From: the human T2T-CHM13v2.0 reference genome, Homo sapiens
Reading direction: 5' to 3' (one strand)
DNA length: 64,000 bases
Assembly: GCF_009914755.1 (NCBI RefSeq)
Contig: NC_060930.1
Every line of letters starts with the position of its first letter. Position 1 is the stretch's first letter. The translations under genes and the position numbers were made by a program. Positions 1-16,007 of the stretch are shown here, one piece after another. The notes below the pieces were generated by a model, which saw only the letters and a program-made list of their open reading frames with translations, did no database searches and was not told the DNA's origin.

Positions 1-114
1 ATGAAAATCATATTAACTTAAGCCACTGGACTCAAGCTTCTGTTACATGCACTGAGCACAACCTTAACTGATGGTACTCATGATTAGGTACTGAGGCTAG
101 CCCACAAAAATCTT

Positions 115-402
115 TATATATATATAAATATATTATTTTTATATATAAATATATTTTATATATAATAAATATATTATATATGTTTAAATGTATAATATAT
201 TTATATAATATATTAATATATTATATAAATATATTTTATATATAATAAATATTAATATGTTTATATAGATATTAATATATTTATATAGATATTAATATAT
301 TTATATAGATATTAATATATTTATATAGATATTAATATATTTATATAAATATTAATATATTTATATATAATAAATACATATAAACTATATATATATATAT
401 GT
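115..402. repeat. AT-rich low-complexity tract with 20-bp tandem unit (atattaatatatttatatag)
   Basis: About 5-6 near-identical 20-bp copies at about 249-368, abutting the tail end of a minus-strand Alu. Confidence 0.9.
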
Positions 403-686
<284 letters not shown>

Positions 687-1661
687 TAACCTATAATTTA
701 TTGCACGTATTGAGACAGTCCTTTGTTCAGAGCTTCAACTCATGCTGCCAAAATGACATTTGTCCTCACTTCTCTTTTTGTATTTAAAACACAGTATCAG
801 AATTTTCTAGATGAAAATGATCTATCCCTAAAAACAGATTTCTCTTAAAGATCAAAAAGAAACTCCATGAGGAAAAGGACTTTGTTTTATTCAATATTGT
901 ATTCTTAGGGCCTAGAATTGTACCTGGCACACAGTAGATGGTCAATTAAATATTTTGTTTATTGTCAAATGAATAAAAGATGTTCTACGCCAATCTTCTC
1001 ATTTTACACATAAAGGAAATAATGCTCAGAAAAGGTAAGTTATTTTATTCTTCCATTCAACAAACACTATTTGATCACCTACTACATGCCATGCATGATA
1101 AATAACTAGGTTATAGTGGTAAACAAGATAAAATACTGCCTTCACAGAGTTTACAGCATATGGGGAAAGACAGATAATTAAGTTCTATACTGACCCTATG
1201 AAATGACAAGTAACAGATCCAACCGGGCCTAGGGTGTCAGAGAAAGCTTCCTAAACGAAGGCAAGGCTCCAAATGGAGTAGACTGGAGCCATATCCCGAG
1301 CCCCCGTAAGGCAAAGACAACATCTTCCTTGCTCACCAGTGTATTCCCAGAACCTAATATGGGTGTTGTTTTGCAAGAGCTTAATAAATATCTGCTGAAT
1401 GAAAATGCAGTTATATTTAAGTTTAGGATGATGAGTATGAAATTTGACAGAAGAAGTAGAAGAGGGAAAATAATTCTCAAGAAAAAGGAGTATGTATGGC
1501 TCTGGGCCTATAAATTTGGGGTGAACTATTAGTACAGAAAGACATAAACAAATTTGAGATTTAATCATGGGTTCAAAAAGTTTTTGTGGCCCATCTTAGA
1601 AATGGCCACAATTCTATCACTGTTCCTATAAGAAAATAAGAGTTGTTTAAGCTGTACTCAC

Positions 1662-1752
1662 TGATATCTCTCCAGTGTGTGCCACTTTTTGGTGGGGAAG
1701 TAGAGGTTCCTATTCTTCTGCAACAGATGACGCAATAAGCAGCCAGGGACAT
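1662..1752 (-). CDS. SERAC1: SERAC1 first coding exon (exon 2), 91 coding nt, [30 protein letters not shown](+1 nt); gene continues left of the window
   Basis: Translation matches the SERAC1 N-terminus as I recall it. Minus-strand acceptor ttctacttacacAG (1755-1754), exon starts 1753, ATG 1752-1750, donor GTGAGT starting at 1661. Head-to-head with GTF2H5. Confidence 0.93.
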
Positions 1753-2633
1753 TCTGTGTAAGTAGAACAATTACAACAAATTTAATTTAGCATCTAAATC
1801 AAAACACTTGTTTTAACTACAAGAACATGTTACCATCACAGTGGATGACCCACAGAGTTAGCTTTTTCAAGACTACGAAGAAAACTTTCCAATTAAAAAA
1901 AAAATTCTCCATTAAAAACTTAAAAGGGACTTATTAGAATAATATTTTGTTAGAATTTTCATTATTCTTCCTCACACTGTGTCCAATTGTGCATAGTTTT
2001 CACAATTGGAAAGATGATCTAAATATGATACAATCATTCCCAGAACACAAGAATTAAACGGTAACAAGAATAGACAGACTATTAATCAGAATACCAATAT
2101 AGGCATGAAAAAAATTTAATGTCTTTGAAAATATATGTATATATGTATTTATCTCTGATGACTGAAGTCCCCACAGAAATGAGAAGCTCTATGTGGACGG
2201 TACACTTAGAATCCATAGAAGCATTTAGCTTTTCTCTAGTTCTTTCAGGATAGTACCCACGTTGTTTAAAATTTTTGAAATTTGTTCATTGTTGGCATTC
2301 TATCAAAGGAGAGCTGTCATCCACCTAATTCATCAACTGAGTAAAGATGATCATATGCTGCAATCATTCCCAGAACACAACTCAGTATTCTAGACCCATA
2401 TCAGGTTGTCTTTGGATAGTGAGGTTTTTTTTTCTTTTTCCTTTTGCTATAAGGGAAAGGAAGGAAGGTACCTTGAAGGTACCTCTCTCTTTTGTTTTGT
2501 TTTCTATTTCTGCTTTTTATTATTTTCTTCTTTCTTTCTTTGGGTGCATCCTGTCCTTTTCCTAACTTCTTCAATAATGCCTAAGATGAGCATTTCTTGT
2601 TCTTTCACAAATGCATTTAACACTAGAAATTAT

Positions 2634-3295
<662 letters not shown>

Positions 3296-4483
3296 AAGAT
3301 TATCTTATTCTGCTATGTGACATAGATTATTTAAAATTGTGAAGACTTGCTTTGTTACCTGATTCCAGTCAATATTTATAAATATATCATACAAGCTTAT
3401 TCTTTGTTGCGAGCAGAATATATCCATTATACTAGGCTTGTTAATTTTGTTGTTTCTATAGTCCTGCTAATTTATTTTTCACAGCTCCAAACGGCCATTG
3501 AACAGCCTTCCTAATTTTGTCTGCATGATCTACCAGTACGAGAGGGGTTTTTTAAAAGTTTCATACTGATTTGCGCACTTGTCGATTTACCCCTTTTGTT
3601 GTCCTTTTTTTTTTTATTCATTAAGCAAATACTTATCTGAGTCCCTAGGAACGAAGAACTGTTCTAGATGCTAGCAATTTAACAATGAAAAAGAAAAATC
3701 TGCCCTTGCTTTCATGGATCTGACTCTCTAGTGCAAAACACCCCAATCTGTGGCAAACAAATACTACCCTTTTTGGGGGGTCATAATGTGAAAAGATATG
3801 CCATCAGGTGCACACAAATGAATGATTATTAGAAACTTAGTACTTTTTTCCTTTTGTCATCACATACTATCTTCCTTTATCCCTATTAACATTTATTGCT
3901 TTAAGTTCCTTGCCAGTTTTCTAAGTATTTAACTATCTTACCTTTTCCCATCATGGTTATAATCTTTTGGTATCATTTATAATTTCAAAACCTCTCTTTG
4001 AATAGATGAATTTAATCCATTTACATTTATCGCATGTTGGATAGATCAGGATTTTTTTATTACTCTTTAATTGGCTTAAAGTTATACAATTTATTTCTAT
4101 TCCTTTAGTAAACAGCCACATTTTAAATGTGCTATATAGTATGAATTTAAACAATATAATTATCCTCCCAAATGAGAATATTAGAATGCTTTAAATACGA
4201 TCCTCTCCTATCTTGTCTAGTATTTTAATTCCATTTTATTTTTAAACATCCCAAAAGAAGTCATTTTTAAAAGCAGTCAACCTAAATATTTACCAACATT
4301 TTGTCAGTTTCCTTCCTTACTTTTGTTTCTTGCATCCACAACTTCCTCCTAGGTTCAAATCATTCTTGATGAAGGTATATCCTTTGATAGTTCCTTCATG
4401 AAGGCATATATGTAGTTAGCACTCTCACTCTCAGCATGTCTAAAAATGCTCTATTTTAGATATACTAAAAAATAGTTGTGTTT

Positions 4484-4787
4484 GGGCCAGGCGTGGTGAC
4501 TCATGCCTGCAATCCCAGCACTTGGAGGCCAAGGTGGGCAGACTGCTTGAGCCCAGGAGCTCTAGGCCAGCCCAGGAGTTCAAGACCAGTGAGACTTCAT
4601 CTCTCCAAAAAAATTTAAAAAATTAGCTGGGCCTGTTGGCATGTGCCTGTATTCCCAGCTACTCGGGAGGCTGAGGCAGAGGAATTGCTTGAGCCTGGGA
4701 GACAGAGGTTTCAGTGAGCCATGATCACGCACTACACTTTAGCCTGGGAGACAGAGTAAGACTCTGTCTCAGAAAAAAAAAAAAAAA
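4484..4787 (+). mobile_element. Alu (J-type)
   Basis: Alu consensus with A-tail. Confidence 0.88.
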
Positions 4788-5034
4788 TAGTAATAGCTGG
4801 GTTTGGAATTCTGGGTTTAGAATTTAGAATAACAGTAGGTTTCCTTTGGTACATTAATGGTATTTTCACTGATATTTCTTGTTGCTCAGGAGAAATCTAA
4901 GTCTAACTGTTGTTTCTTTGTAGGCAAAATAATAGCAAAGAAGTTTAAGAATGTGCTCTGTAGGACCACACTGCCTGGTTTCAAATCCAATTCCACAAAC
5001 AACTTGTATTAGTAATTTTTTTTTTTTTTTTAAG

Positions 5035-5576
5035 AATGCTTTGACATCTTAGGACCTTAAGGACCCAGGGAGTGACTGCCCCTCTCTGGGATAGCTAACT
5101 GCTAGAGGTAGCAAACAACCTGCCTGTGAGCATGCTTCTCATATGCAAACCAACCAATCCCAGGTGCATACCCCCAACCACCACACACAGCCAATGCTTC
5201 CCTTACTCTAAATCTCCTCAGAGCCAGGTACTAGGCAGCTAGAGACCACCTCTCTGGTCTGCCAAATTATTCGAACTATCCAATCCTAAGTTTGTTCAGC
5301 TCGTCTACCCTGTCTCGCTCATTCCTTCCCACAAAAAAAACGTTCATTCCTTCCCACAAAAAAACACAATAAAAGAAAGCTCTGGCCCATGCTTTCACAT
5401 TGCTCCTTATGCCTCCTGAATGACCCTGGTACTTCCCCATGTGGCCTTGCATGGTGTGGCACGCCCACTCTTCCTTGGGAACTGTACATAATAAGCTCTT
5501 CTTTCAAGGCAGTTGTCTCTGTGTCTGTCTTCTTACCATTCCTGATTAAAACAAAATCCAGGTACATTTGAAAACA
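5035..5576. mobile_element. Solo LTR, MER21/MER77-like, interrupting a MIR
   Basis: Characteristic tatgcaaaccaaccaatcc block, internal aataaa, ends ...aaaaca. MIR-like sequence on both sides. Family tentative. Confidence 0.55.
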
Positions 5577-6234
5577 CTAGACATATGATAATGGGCTATT
5601 TAACCTCTGTGTCTCACTTTCCTCATCTATAAAATGGTGATAATAAGGGAACTACTGTAAAGGGTTGTTACAAATATCACATGAGTTAATATATGTAAAA
5701 CACACAGAATAGTGCCTATTCCAAATTAAGTGTTCAATAAATGCTACTTATCATTACTATCAATATTATATTCCATCTGGCAGTTTTAAGATCTTTTTGA
5801 TGTTCTTACAATTCTCTACTTTATGTCTGGGTATGGGTTTGTTTTTATATACCCCACTCAAGATTTGGTATGCTCCTTTGATCTTAGAACTCACATTTTT
5901 CTTCAATTCTGCAATATTCTTAACAATTACCACTTTGACCCCCATTCAACTTTTACCTTCTGATACTCCTATTAGATGTATGCTAGATTTTTAAAGTCTA
6001 ACCTTCAAATCTCAACTTCTTCCATTTTTTTCTATCTGTCTGACATGCACTATAATTTCCCCAAATCTATCTTCCAATTCATCACCTTCTGTTTAGTTGT
6101 ATTTAGACTATCATTCGATCCATCCACTGAGTATTTCAAAAACTTTTATTTCTAAAACTTCCAGTTGGCTCACTTTCATACTTGCCTGCTTTTTTTACAC
6201 ATAGTTTTTGTCTTAAATGCAGATTTTTTTTAAT

Positions 6235-6665
6235 GGCCACAAATTATTCCTTTTCCTATAACCATGATCTTTGGTAGTCCCCTCCCACGGTGACTTTAGA
6301 TTGATCTTACGAGTAACTTTGGCCATAGGACAATAGAAGCATGATGCAAGCTGAGACTTGGGAAGTACGTGCACATCGAGGCTCCTGTCTTTTTGCTCTT
6401 GAGAAACCTGTGACCAGCACCATGTAAAGATGCCTAGGTTAGTCTGCTGGATCACAAGAGAAATGTCCAATATCCCCATTAATGAAGCCAACAAGTACCA
6501 ACTGACAGCCAGCAACAGCCGCCAGGCATGTGAAGCCACATCAAACTAGCCAGCCCCTAGGTGACCCTACAAATCCATATTCAGTCCTTAGCCTGCAAGC
6601 AATAATAAATGTTTGTTTTAGCCCGTAGCCTTTGGGATGGTTTATAATGCCTCAAAAAGCTGACA
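6235..6665. mobile_element. MaLR LTR (MLT1-like)
   Basis: Resembles MLT1 consensus blocks (gactttggcca...; aataaatgtttgtttta...). Confidence 0.5.
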
Positions 6666-6804
6666 TGTAACTTCTAAACTTTCCTTTACACGAGATATAT
6701 GAGGTTGCTGCCAGCATAACTTGTTTTACAGTAAATTTTATTTTTTTATAAGTAGAGGGAATAGATGAATACACTATAAAATAACAATAAAAAGTATACC
6801 ATAG

Positions 6805-7421
<617 letters not shown>

Positions 7422-7582
7422 CAGATTACTGTAGTTTTTAAAGTAAGTCTTGAAGCTAGTAGTATAAATTTTCCAGCTGTGTCCTTCCTTTTCAAGACGG
7501 ACTATTCTAGGTCCTTGGTACTTCCACATAATTTTAGAGTCTGCTTGTCAATTTCTATTTAAAAGCACCTTTAAGATTATGG

Positions 7583-7870
7583 GGCCAGGCACGGTGGCTC
7601 ACGCCTGTAATCCCAGCACTTTGGGAGGCCGAGGCAGGAGGATCACGAGGTCAGGAGATCGAGACCAGCCTGGATAACCCGGTGAAACCCCATCTCTACT
7701 AAAAATTCAAAAAATTAGCTGGGTGTGGTGGCGGGCACCTGTAGTCCCAGCTACTCAGGAGGCTGAGGCAGGAGAATGGCGTGAAACTAGGAGGTGCAGC
7801 TTGCAGTGAGCAAAGATTGCGCCACGGCAGTCCAGCCTGGGCGACAGAGCGAGACTCCATCTCAAAAAAA
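7583..7870 (+). mobile_element. AluY-like
   Basis: gagatcgagacc and gaatggcgtgaa diagnostic positions. Confidence 0.88.
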
Positions 7871-8099
7871 TATATATATATATTATGACGGTGATTACAT
7901 AAAATCTGAAACACTGATTTTAAGTAGAGAACGGAGAAATTTTGAGACTAAGAAAGACACAGAAAATAAAAGGGAAGAGATTATAATTTAAAAATAAAAC
8001 AAATATTTGAAAATTCCATTAAGTTTAACAATATGGAGGTCACTGGGATCTTCATATCAGTAGCTTCATTGCCCTGGTGGAGGAAGCCAGAGTGAAACA

Positions 8100-8844
<745 letters not shown>

Positions 8845-10640
8845 AGTTCTTAATATCTATATGCCAGTGATCTCAGAGTACCTCTAGCTACGATCTTTCC
8901 TGACCTATCTATCCAACAGCTATTGGAACATTTCCACTTGGATGTCCAACAGGCCTTTCATACTCAACTGTCCAAAAGAGAATTCTTTACTTTTTCTCCC
9001 CAAACTCTTCCTCCACAAATCTTCTCCATCACTATCCACCAAATGGTCAATGCTTTTTGATTGTAAATGGTAAATGATCTACCTCTTAACTGAAGCAAAA
9101 AAACAGATGTTGCCCTTGATTCCTTGTTTTCCCCTTACTCTACATCTAAACCACGCAGAGTTGCTCTTCTCTACCATCAAAACATACCCCCAAATCCATC
9201 CATTTTTCTCTGTATTCACTGCTACACTCTTGTCTAGTTCAAGCCAACATCATCTCTCATTTGGAGTAATAAAATGACACCTCAAAGGTGCTTTTTGTAA
9301 CTTAAGAAATCCTTCTCAGAGACATTTAAAAAAAAAGTTCTGGAGATAGATAGTAGTGCTGGTTGCACAATGTGAATGTCACTGAACTCAACAACTCAAC
9401 ATGGTTAACATGATAAATCTTATGTGTAACAAGATTTAACAAAGCAAACAAAAAAGAAATCTTTCCTAGAGACAATGGTCTCTTATATTCCTTTCCAAAT
9501 ACCTTGCAGCTGTGCCATTCACATTTAGGTCTTTATCTGGAAACTGTTGTCAATAGTTTGAAAGTAAGAATCTAATCCTGTCTGTATACCATAACAATGC
9601 CAGATATCTCAGCAACCATATATTTCATCATCCTTTATTGAATAGTCTATGCTTTCCCCCTGCTTTGCAATACCACTTAGTGGTATACTAAACTCCCGTA
9701 TGTAAATAGGTATGTTTCTAGTGTCTCTATTCTGTTCCATGAATCTAATTCTCTATCCCTGAATCAATATCATACCATCTTAATAATTACAACTTTATAT
9801 TAAGCTTTGGTATCTGATAGGGAGAGACCTTATTTTTCTTCTTCAAAATTGACTTCACTATTCTTGGTCCCTTGCCTTTCCATATAAATTTTAAGTTCAG
9901 CATGGCAAATTCCATAAAACAATATGGTGATTTTAATTGGCATTACACTGAATTCGTAGAACTGAGGAAAACTGACATCTTTTTGTTGAGTCTTTCCATC
10001 TATTAATACGGTATATCTCACCATTTACTTGGGTCATCTTTTGTGTTCCAACAGAGCCTTACAATTTTCTGTCTAAAGGACTACACAGCTTTAGGTTCAT
10101 CTATTTCTAGGTACCTTTAGTTTTGAATGCCATTATGAATAGTGTCTTTTTATTATTAAAACTCCTAGTTAATTGTTACTGGTATACAGAAGTTTTTAAA
10201 TGCAGAAATTAAGGCCATTTCTGACATCCCCCTGGCCAAAATAACCCCTCTAGTCACTCTTTATCACATCACCAAATGGTACTTATTCCTTAACTGATTT
10301 CAGAGTCTCTCTGCCCCCACCAAAATTAGTTACCTGTTCACCATTGTATCCCAAGCGTCTAGAATAATAGCTGACACACATCAAGTGCACAAAAATGGAA
10401 CTGATGAGATCAAGGAAGAGAATGTATGCAAGATGAAAAAAAGCAAATAAAAGATACTTGGGAAGAAGAAGACTTGGAGGCAATTTTTTTATTTTAAAGA
10501 GAGTGCAACAATATGGAAATCACCAGTTGGAAAAGATTTGAGGGATAGAAAGAGGGAACTAAATGGAAGAGCTGGGTTCCTTAGCGATCACATGAACACA
10601 CACGATGTTAAAAAAAAAAAAAAAAAAAAAGGCAGCATGA

Positions 10641-10951
<311 letters not shown>

Positions 10952-11523
10952 TTAATGCGGGAAGTACAATTTAACCTAAGGAACAGAAAACAAGAATCTC
11001 ATATCTCAACTAGTAAAAATAATGACAGTGTTCCTTTAGACTTACAGAACAGACTTGGGGAAAGGGAGTAACTTTAGAACCTTCTGGGGTCTTTCACTTT
11101 AAAATGACCGTTGCCGAGTTTAGAGCTCTCTCAGCATTCAATCTATTCCATCTCTGGGGTTAGAGAGGGAGCAGGAAGCGGTGGTCTGCAAGGCTCAGAA
11201 GTGACTGGTGAGGCCCTTTCCTCCTCCTCCTCATCTCTCCGTGACTACCGAGCCCGGGAAGACGGACCGGCAGGTGCACTCCCCAAGGCCTCGACAGCAG
11301 CCAGAGAAAGGCAGCGACAGGGAAAGACGAGTCAGGCTCGCGACCACCAGAGAGAGAGGCCCTCACGCCCAGCCGAGCGTCAGCTGGTCGTTCCGGTCCG
11401 CGCGCCAGACGGCGGTGCTCGGCCGTGCCCGGTCCCTGCCCTCCCCATTCTCCGCTCCCCACCGCGCCCAGCTGCGCCGACGCCCCCGTCCGCCCCCACA
11501 CCACCCCTGCCTTCACGTCCTAC

Positions 11524-11664
11524 CTGCCGGCAGGCGGACTCAGCCCGTGCCCAACTGCTCGTCGGACCCCGTTGTCTGGGGAGCCCTACTCTTTCCGCGG
11601 CTCCCGGCCGGGACCCTCCACCCGGCGGCTGGCGGCTCGTGACCCCGCCCCCTCGGCCCGCTCT
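11524..11664 (-). other. SERAC1: SERAC1 non-coding exon 1 (5' end approximate)
   Basis: Lies in the CpG island. Minus-strand donor CAG|GTAGGA at 11524/11523. No ATG on the minus strand in this stretch. The TSS cannot be read from sequence. Confidence 0.7.
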
Positions 11665-11734
11665 GGGCCCGCCTCCCGCCGGCTGGCTCCACCCACAATA
11701 GCGTCCCTAGCGCGATGGCGTATCGGCGCAGGCG

Positions 11735-11779
11735 CACTCTGCCGGCAACGCCGAGGCGCTTCTGCATCTGTGGGCCGAG
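11735..11779 (+). other. GTF2H5: GTF2H5 non-coding exon 1 (5' end approximate)
   Basis: Ends ...gggccgAG|GTGTGT (GT at 11780), immediately downstream of the core promoter motifs. Confidence 0.7.
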
Positions 11780-12199
11780 GTGTGTGGCGAGCGTCCGAGC
11801 GGCTGGGGAAAGTGGGGTGTGGGAACACTGAGGGGTCCCAAAGAAAGGGGAGAGGAAGAGAAAAGCCCCAGAAGCCTGTCCACCGGGTGCTGGGGGCACA
11901 GGGCGGTGTCCCCCACTCTCTCCGGGCCCTTCCTGGCGGGGCCGCACGGCAGTCCCCCCCTCGTTTAATCGTGGGTTTCCTGTGGGGCTAGGGCTCGCCC
12001 TGCGCCGAGGTGTAAGTGGAAGTTAATTAAATGGGCGTACGCTGAGTGGTTTGTTTCCAGCCTAGGTCCGCACGGGACGTGATTTATTTAGTGAAGGGGC
12101 ACAAGATCTGGAGATCTGGCTTGTACTTTTTTCCTTTGGCCAGGAACTACGGCTTAATCTCTTCCTTTGGTCTCCTCATATGTAAAATGAGGTGGCTGA

Positions 12200-13447
<1,248 letters not shown>

Positions 13448-13913
13448 ACTAAAAGGAGGTGGTTGGGCTCACTGTATAATTTTTGAAGCACCTTTCAGAA
13501 CTATCTTCTTTGATTCCTGTCTCCCAGGATCTTACCCTTTGTCATTCTCCTGAATGGGAAAAGAAATCCTTTGAATAATGGACGGTTTATACCTGGGTTG
13601 GGCACACTGGTGTAGAGTTAGGCCTCTTGCTTCTATTAGGGCTAATTGACCTTGGGTAGAATTGGCTGGCGAGTAAGATGTGGCATTAATATTCCAAGTA
13701 GACTCATTTTAATTTTGTTAAAAAATCAGAATGTCTTTTTTCTTAATGTTAACTGTCTTTCATAGACTTAACTGTTAAATATTGACATTTAATTATTTTG
13801 CCTCGTTTCAGAGGCAGATCCCCAAAGTATATGAAAGTTAATGATTTTTAATTTAATGTTACCTTACTCTTTTTATTAGCATTCTTCAGGTCATCTGAAC
13901 CTTCTGAGAAAAC

Positions 13914-13948
13914 ATGGTCAACGTCTTGAAAGGAGTGCTTATAGAATG
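13914..13948 (+). CDS. GTF2H5: GTF2H5 (TTDA/p8, TFIIH subunit 5) coding exon 2: MVNVLKGVLIE + TG; exon starts at about 13880
   Basis: Acceptor cttactctttttattAG (13878-13879), aacATGg start, donor TG|GTTAGT at 13949. Phase 2 joins exon 3 in frame. Confidence 0.96.
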
Positions 13949-14574
13949 GTTAGTAGTTTTGATACTGCATGAGTTTTAAGTTTAAATATTGAATCTTGAC
14001 TTGTATGTATGTCTTTTCTAAAACCCTGTTGTTTTTAAGATATGGATGAAATCAAGTCTTTCGCTTTTAACAAGTGGCACAGATTTTGTTGCAAAGCTCC
14101 TGGTGCCAGATTTCAGTCCCTCTGTTGAATTGATGGAACTGGCATGATCAGAGGCAGCATATTTGTTAGATGAGTCGTCTTTAGAGAAACAGTGCTTGCA
14201 TTCTCCTCAAACATGATGAATTTTAGGGCCTGAAAGAGTTCAGGAACTTGCTTAAGTCTTTACCATTACAAACTGTGGACTTTAAAAAAGAGAAAAACAA
14301 CAGAGCCAAATGGAGGTTTCTTAAATTCCTTTAGGTACATTCCAGAGGAGAAACTAAAAACCATAAATGGGCAGAGTTGAGTTCCTCAAAGCAATCCAGT
14401 GTCCAGGAACCCCGGGAACCCTGCTCTGTGGACACTCCCATTGTCTGAAAATACTACTGTCTACTTTCGGTGCCTCTAATATGAGCCAGTGCATGGATAA
14501 TGATACTGTTTACTGTGATGGCAAGGCTAAGGAGGAGCAAGACCAAACCCTAGGACACTGCCAACATTTAGAAC

Positions 14575-14850
14575 AGCACTAGCCAATAGAAATCTAATGC
14601 AAGCCACAGATATAGTCTTACATTTTTTCTAGCCATCTTAAAAGTAACGTAAAATGAAACAGGTGAAGTTAATATCTTTTGTTTAACCCTGTCTATGCAA
14701 AACACTATGCTTTGAACACATACTAAGTCTTCAAAAAAATCTTCATCTTCAAAGTCGAATGGATATTTTAATTTTACAGCACATCTCACAGACTAACCGT
14801 GTTTCAAGGACTCTGTAGTGACCTGACTAGTGGGCTACCTTATGCATAGT
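14575..14850. mobile_element. MER3/MER33-like hAT DNA transposon within L2 remnants
   Basis: ccaatagaaatctaatgcaagccaca...gaaacaggtgaagttaat resembles MER3. Confidence 0.55.
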
Positions 14851-15726
14851 GCAGATTTGGAGTTTTGATACAGGAGACACCAACAAAGGCAACTAAGAAG
14901 AAAATAGCCAGTGAGGCTGGAGGGAGGAAAGCCAAAGGAGGAAGTGTTTTGTAGGGATGAGCGGCTGTGTTGGGCACTGATTGAGAACTGGCATGAGATG
15001 AAGACTGGAGTTTTGATGAGAGCCATTTGAATGGAGTGGTGGGGAGATGCCAGATTGAAGTACTGTGGAAAAGGAAAGGGAGGTGAGGAGGTGGAGATGG
15101 AGACTTCGGAGAAGTTTTACTGTGATCATGAGCAATCTCATAGAGAACTGGATTGGTAGCTGACGAAGGACATGGTGAGGGGCTCAGGTTCTTGCTATTT
15201 TTATTTTAATGTGAAAGACTAGAATGTACGTTGATGAGAGTAAACCACTGCGGGGGAGAGGTATTCACTTGGAAAAGCAAAGGGGGTGGGATCTGGACCC
15301 CAGAAGTTCTAAACACACTGTTCTGTTGTCTTTTGAAGGCACTAGGTTTGATGTACTTATTTTCCTATTAATTTGACATAACATAAACATTTTCCTCGTT
15401 GGCCTTTAGTGTTATTTTTAAATACAGAGGATACACATACACAGAGTGTCAGCTATCACTTTTTTTCCCTCGTTTCTTCCAATTCTAAGTTTAATCTTCA
15501 CCCCTGGGTTTGTTAAATATTCACTTCTCTCTTCTGAGGGTTTTGTGTTTTTCTTGGTGTTTTAGATTCATTCATCTAGAATTTATTGGGAGGAGTGGCA
15601 TAGGTTTGTTAAATATTCACTTCTCTCTTGTGGGGATTTTGTGTTTTTCTTGGTGTGTTAGATTCATTCATCTAGAATTTATTCAGAGAAGAGACATATT
15701 ATTAGATAAGGATCTAAATTAGCTTC

Positions 15727-16007
15727 TTTTTTTTTTTTTTGACACGGAGTCTTGCTCTGTTGCCAGGTTGGAGTGCAGTGGCGCGATCTTGGCTCCTGGA
15801 TTCAAGCGATACTGCTCCCTCAGCTGCCCGAGTAGCTGGGATTACAGGCACACACCACCACACCCGGCTAATTTTATTTTTGTATTTTTAGTAGAAATGG
15901 GGTTTCACCATGTTGGCCAGGCTGGTCTCGATCTCTTGACCTCATGATCCACCTGCCCCGGCCTCCCAAAGTGCTGGGATTACAGGCATGAGCCACTGCA
16001 CCCAGCC
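15727..16007 (-). mobile_element. Alu
   Basis: Reverse Alu, flanked by tagcttctttttt. Confidence 0.9.

Larger units (their letters stand above)
11230..12080. promoter_or_regulatory. CpG island / bidirectional promoter shared by SERAC1 and GTF2H5
   Basis: Very GC- and CpG-rich against an AT-rich background. GC box ccccgccccc 11643-11652, YY1-like gcgATGGCG 11712-11720, NRF1-like GCGCAGGCGCA 11726-11736. Divergent first-exon donors lie on each side. Confidence 0.9.

Noticed and set aside
1573-1770. 65-aa ORF as a standalone gene
   Set aside because: It is SERAC1 exon 2 plus read-through into the flanking introns.
5319-5365. Tandem tcattccttcccacaaaaaaaac duplication
   Set aside because: Short slippage duplication inside an LTR with no sign of function.
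11111-11991. Long overlapping ORFs (196, 188, 144, 135 aa) across the CpG island
   Set aside because: Pro/Arg/Ala/Gly-rich frames on both strands are expected from stop-poor GC-rich DNA; most have non-ATG starts and none is a recognisable protein.
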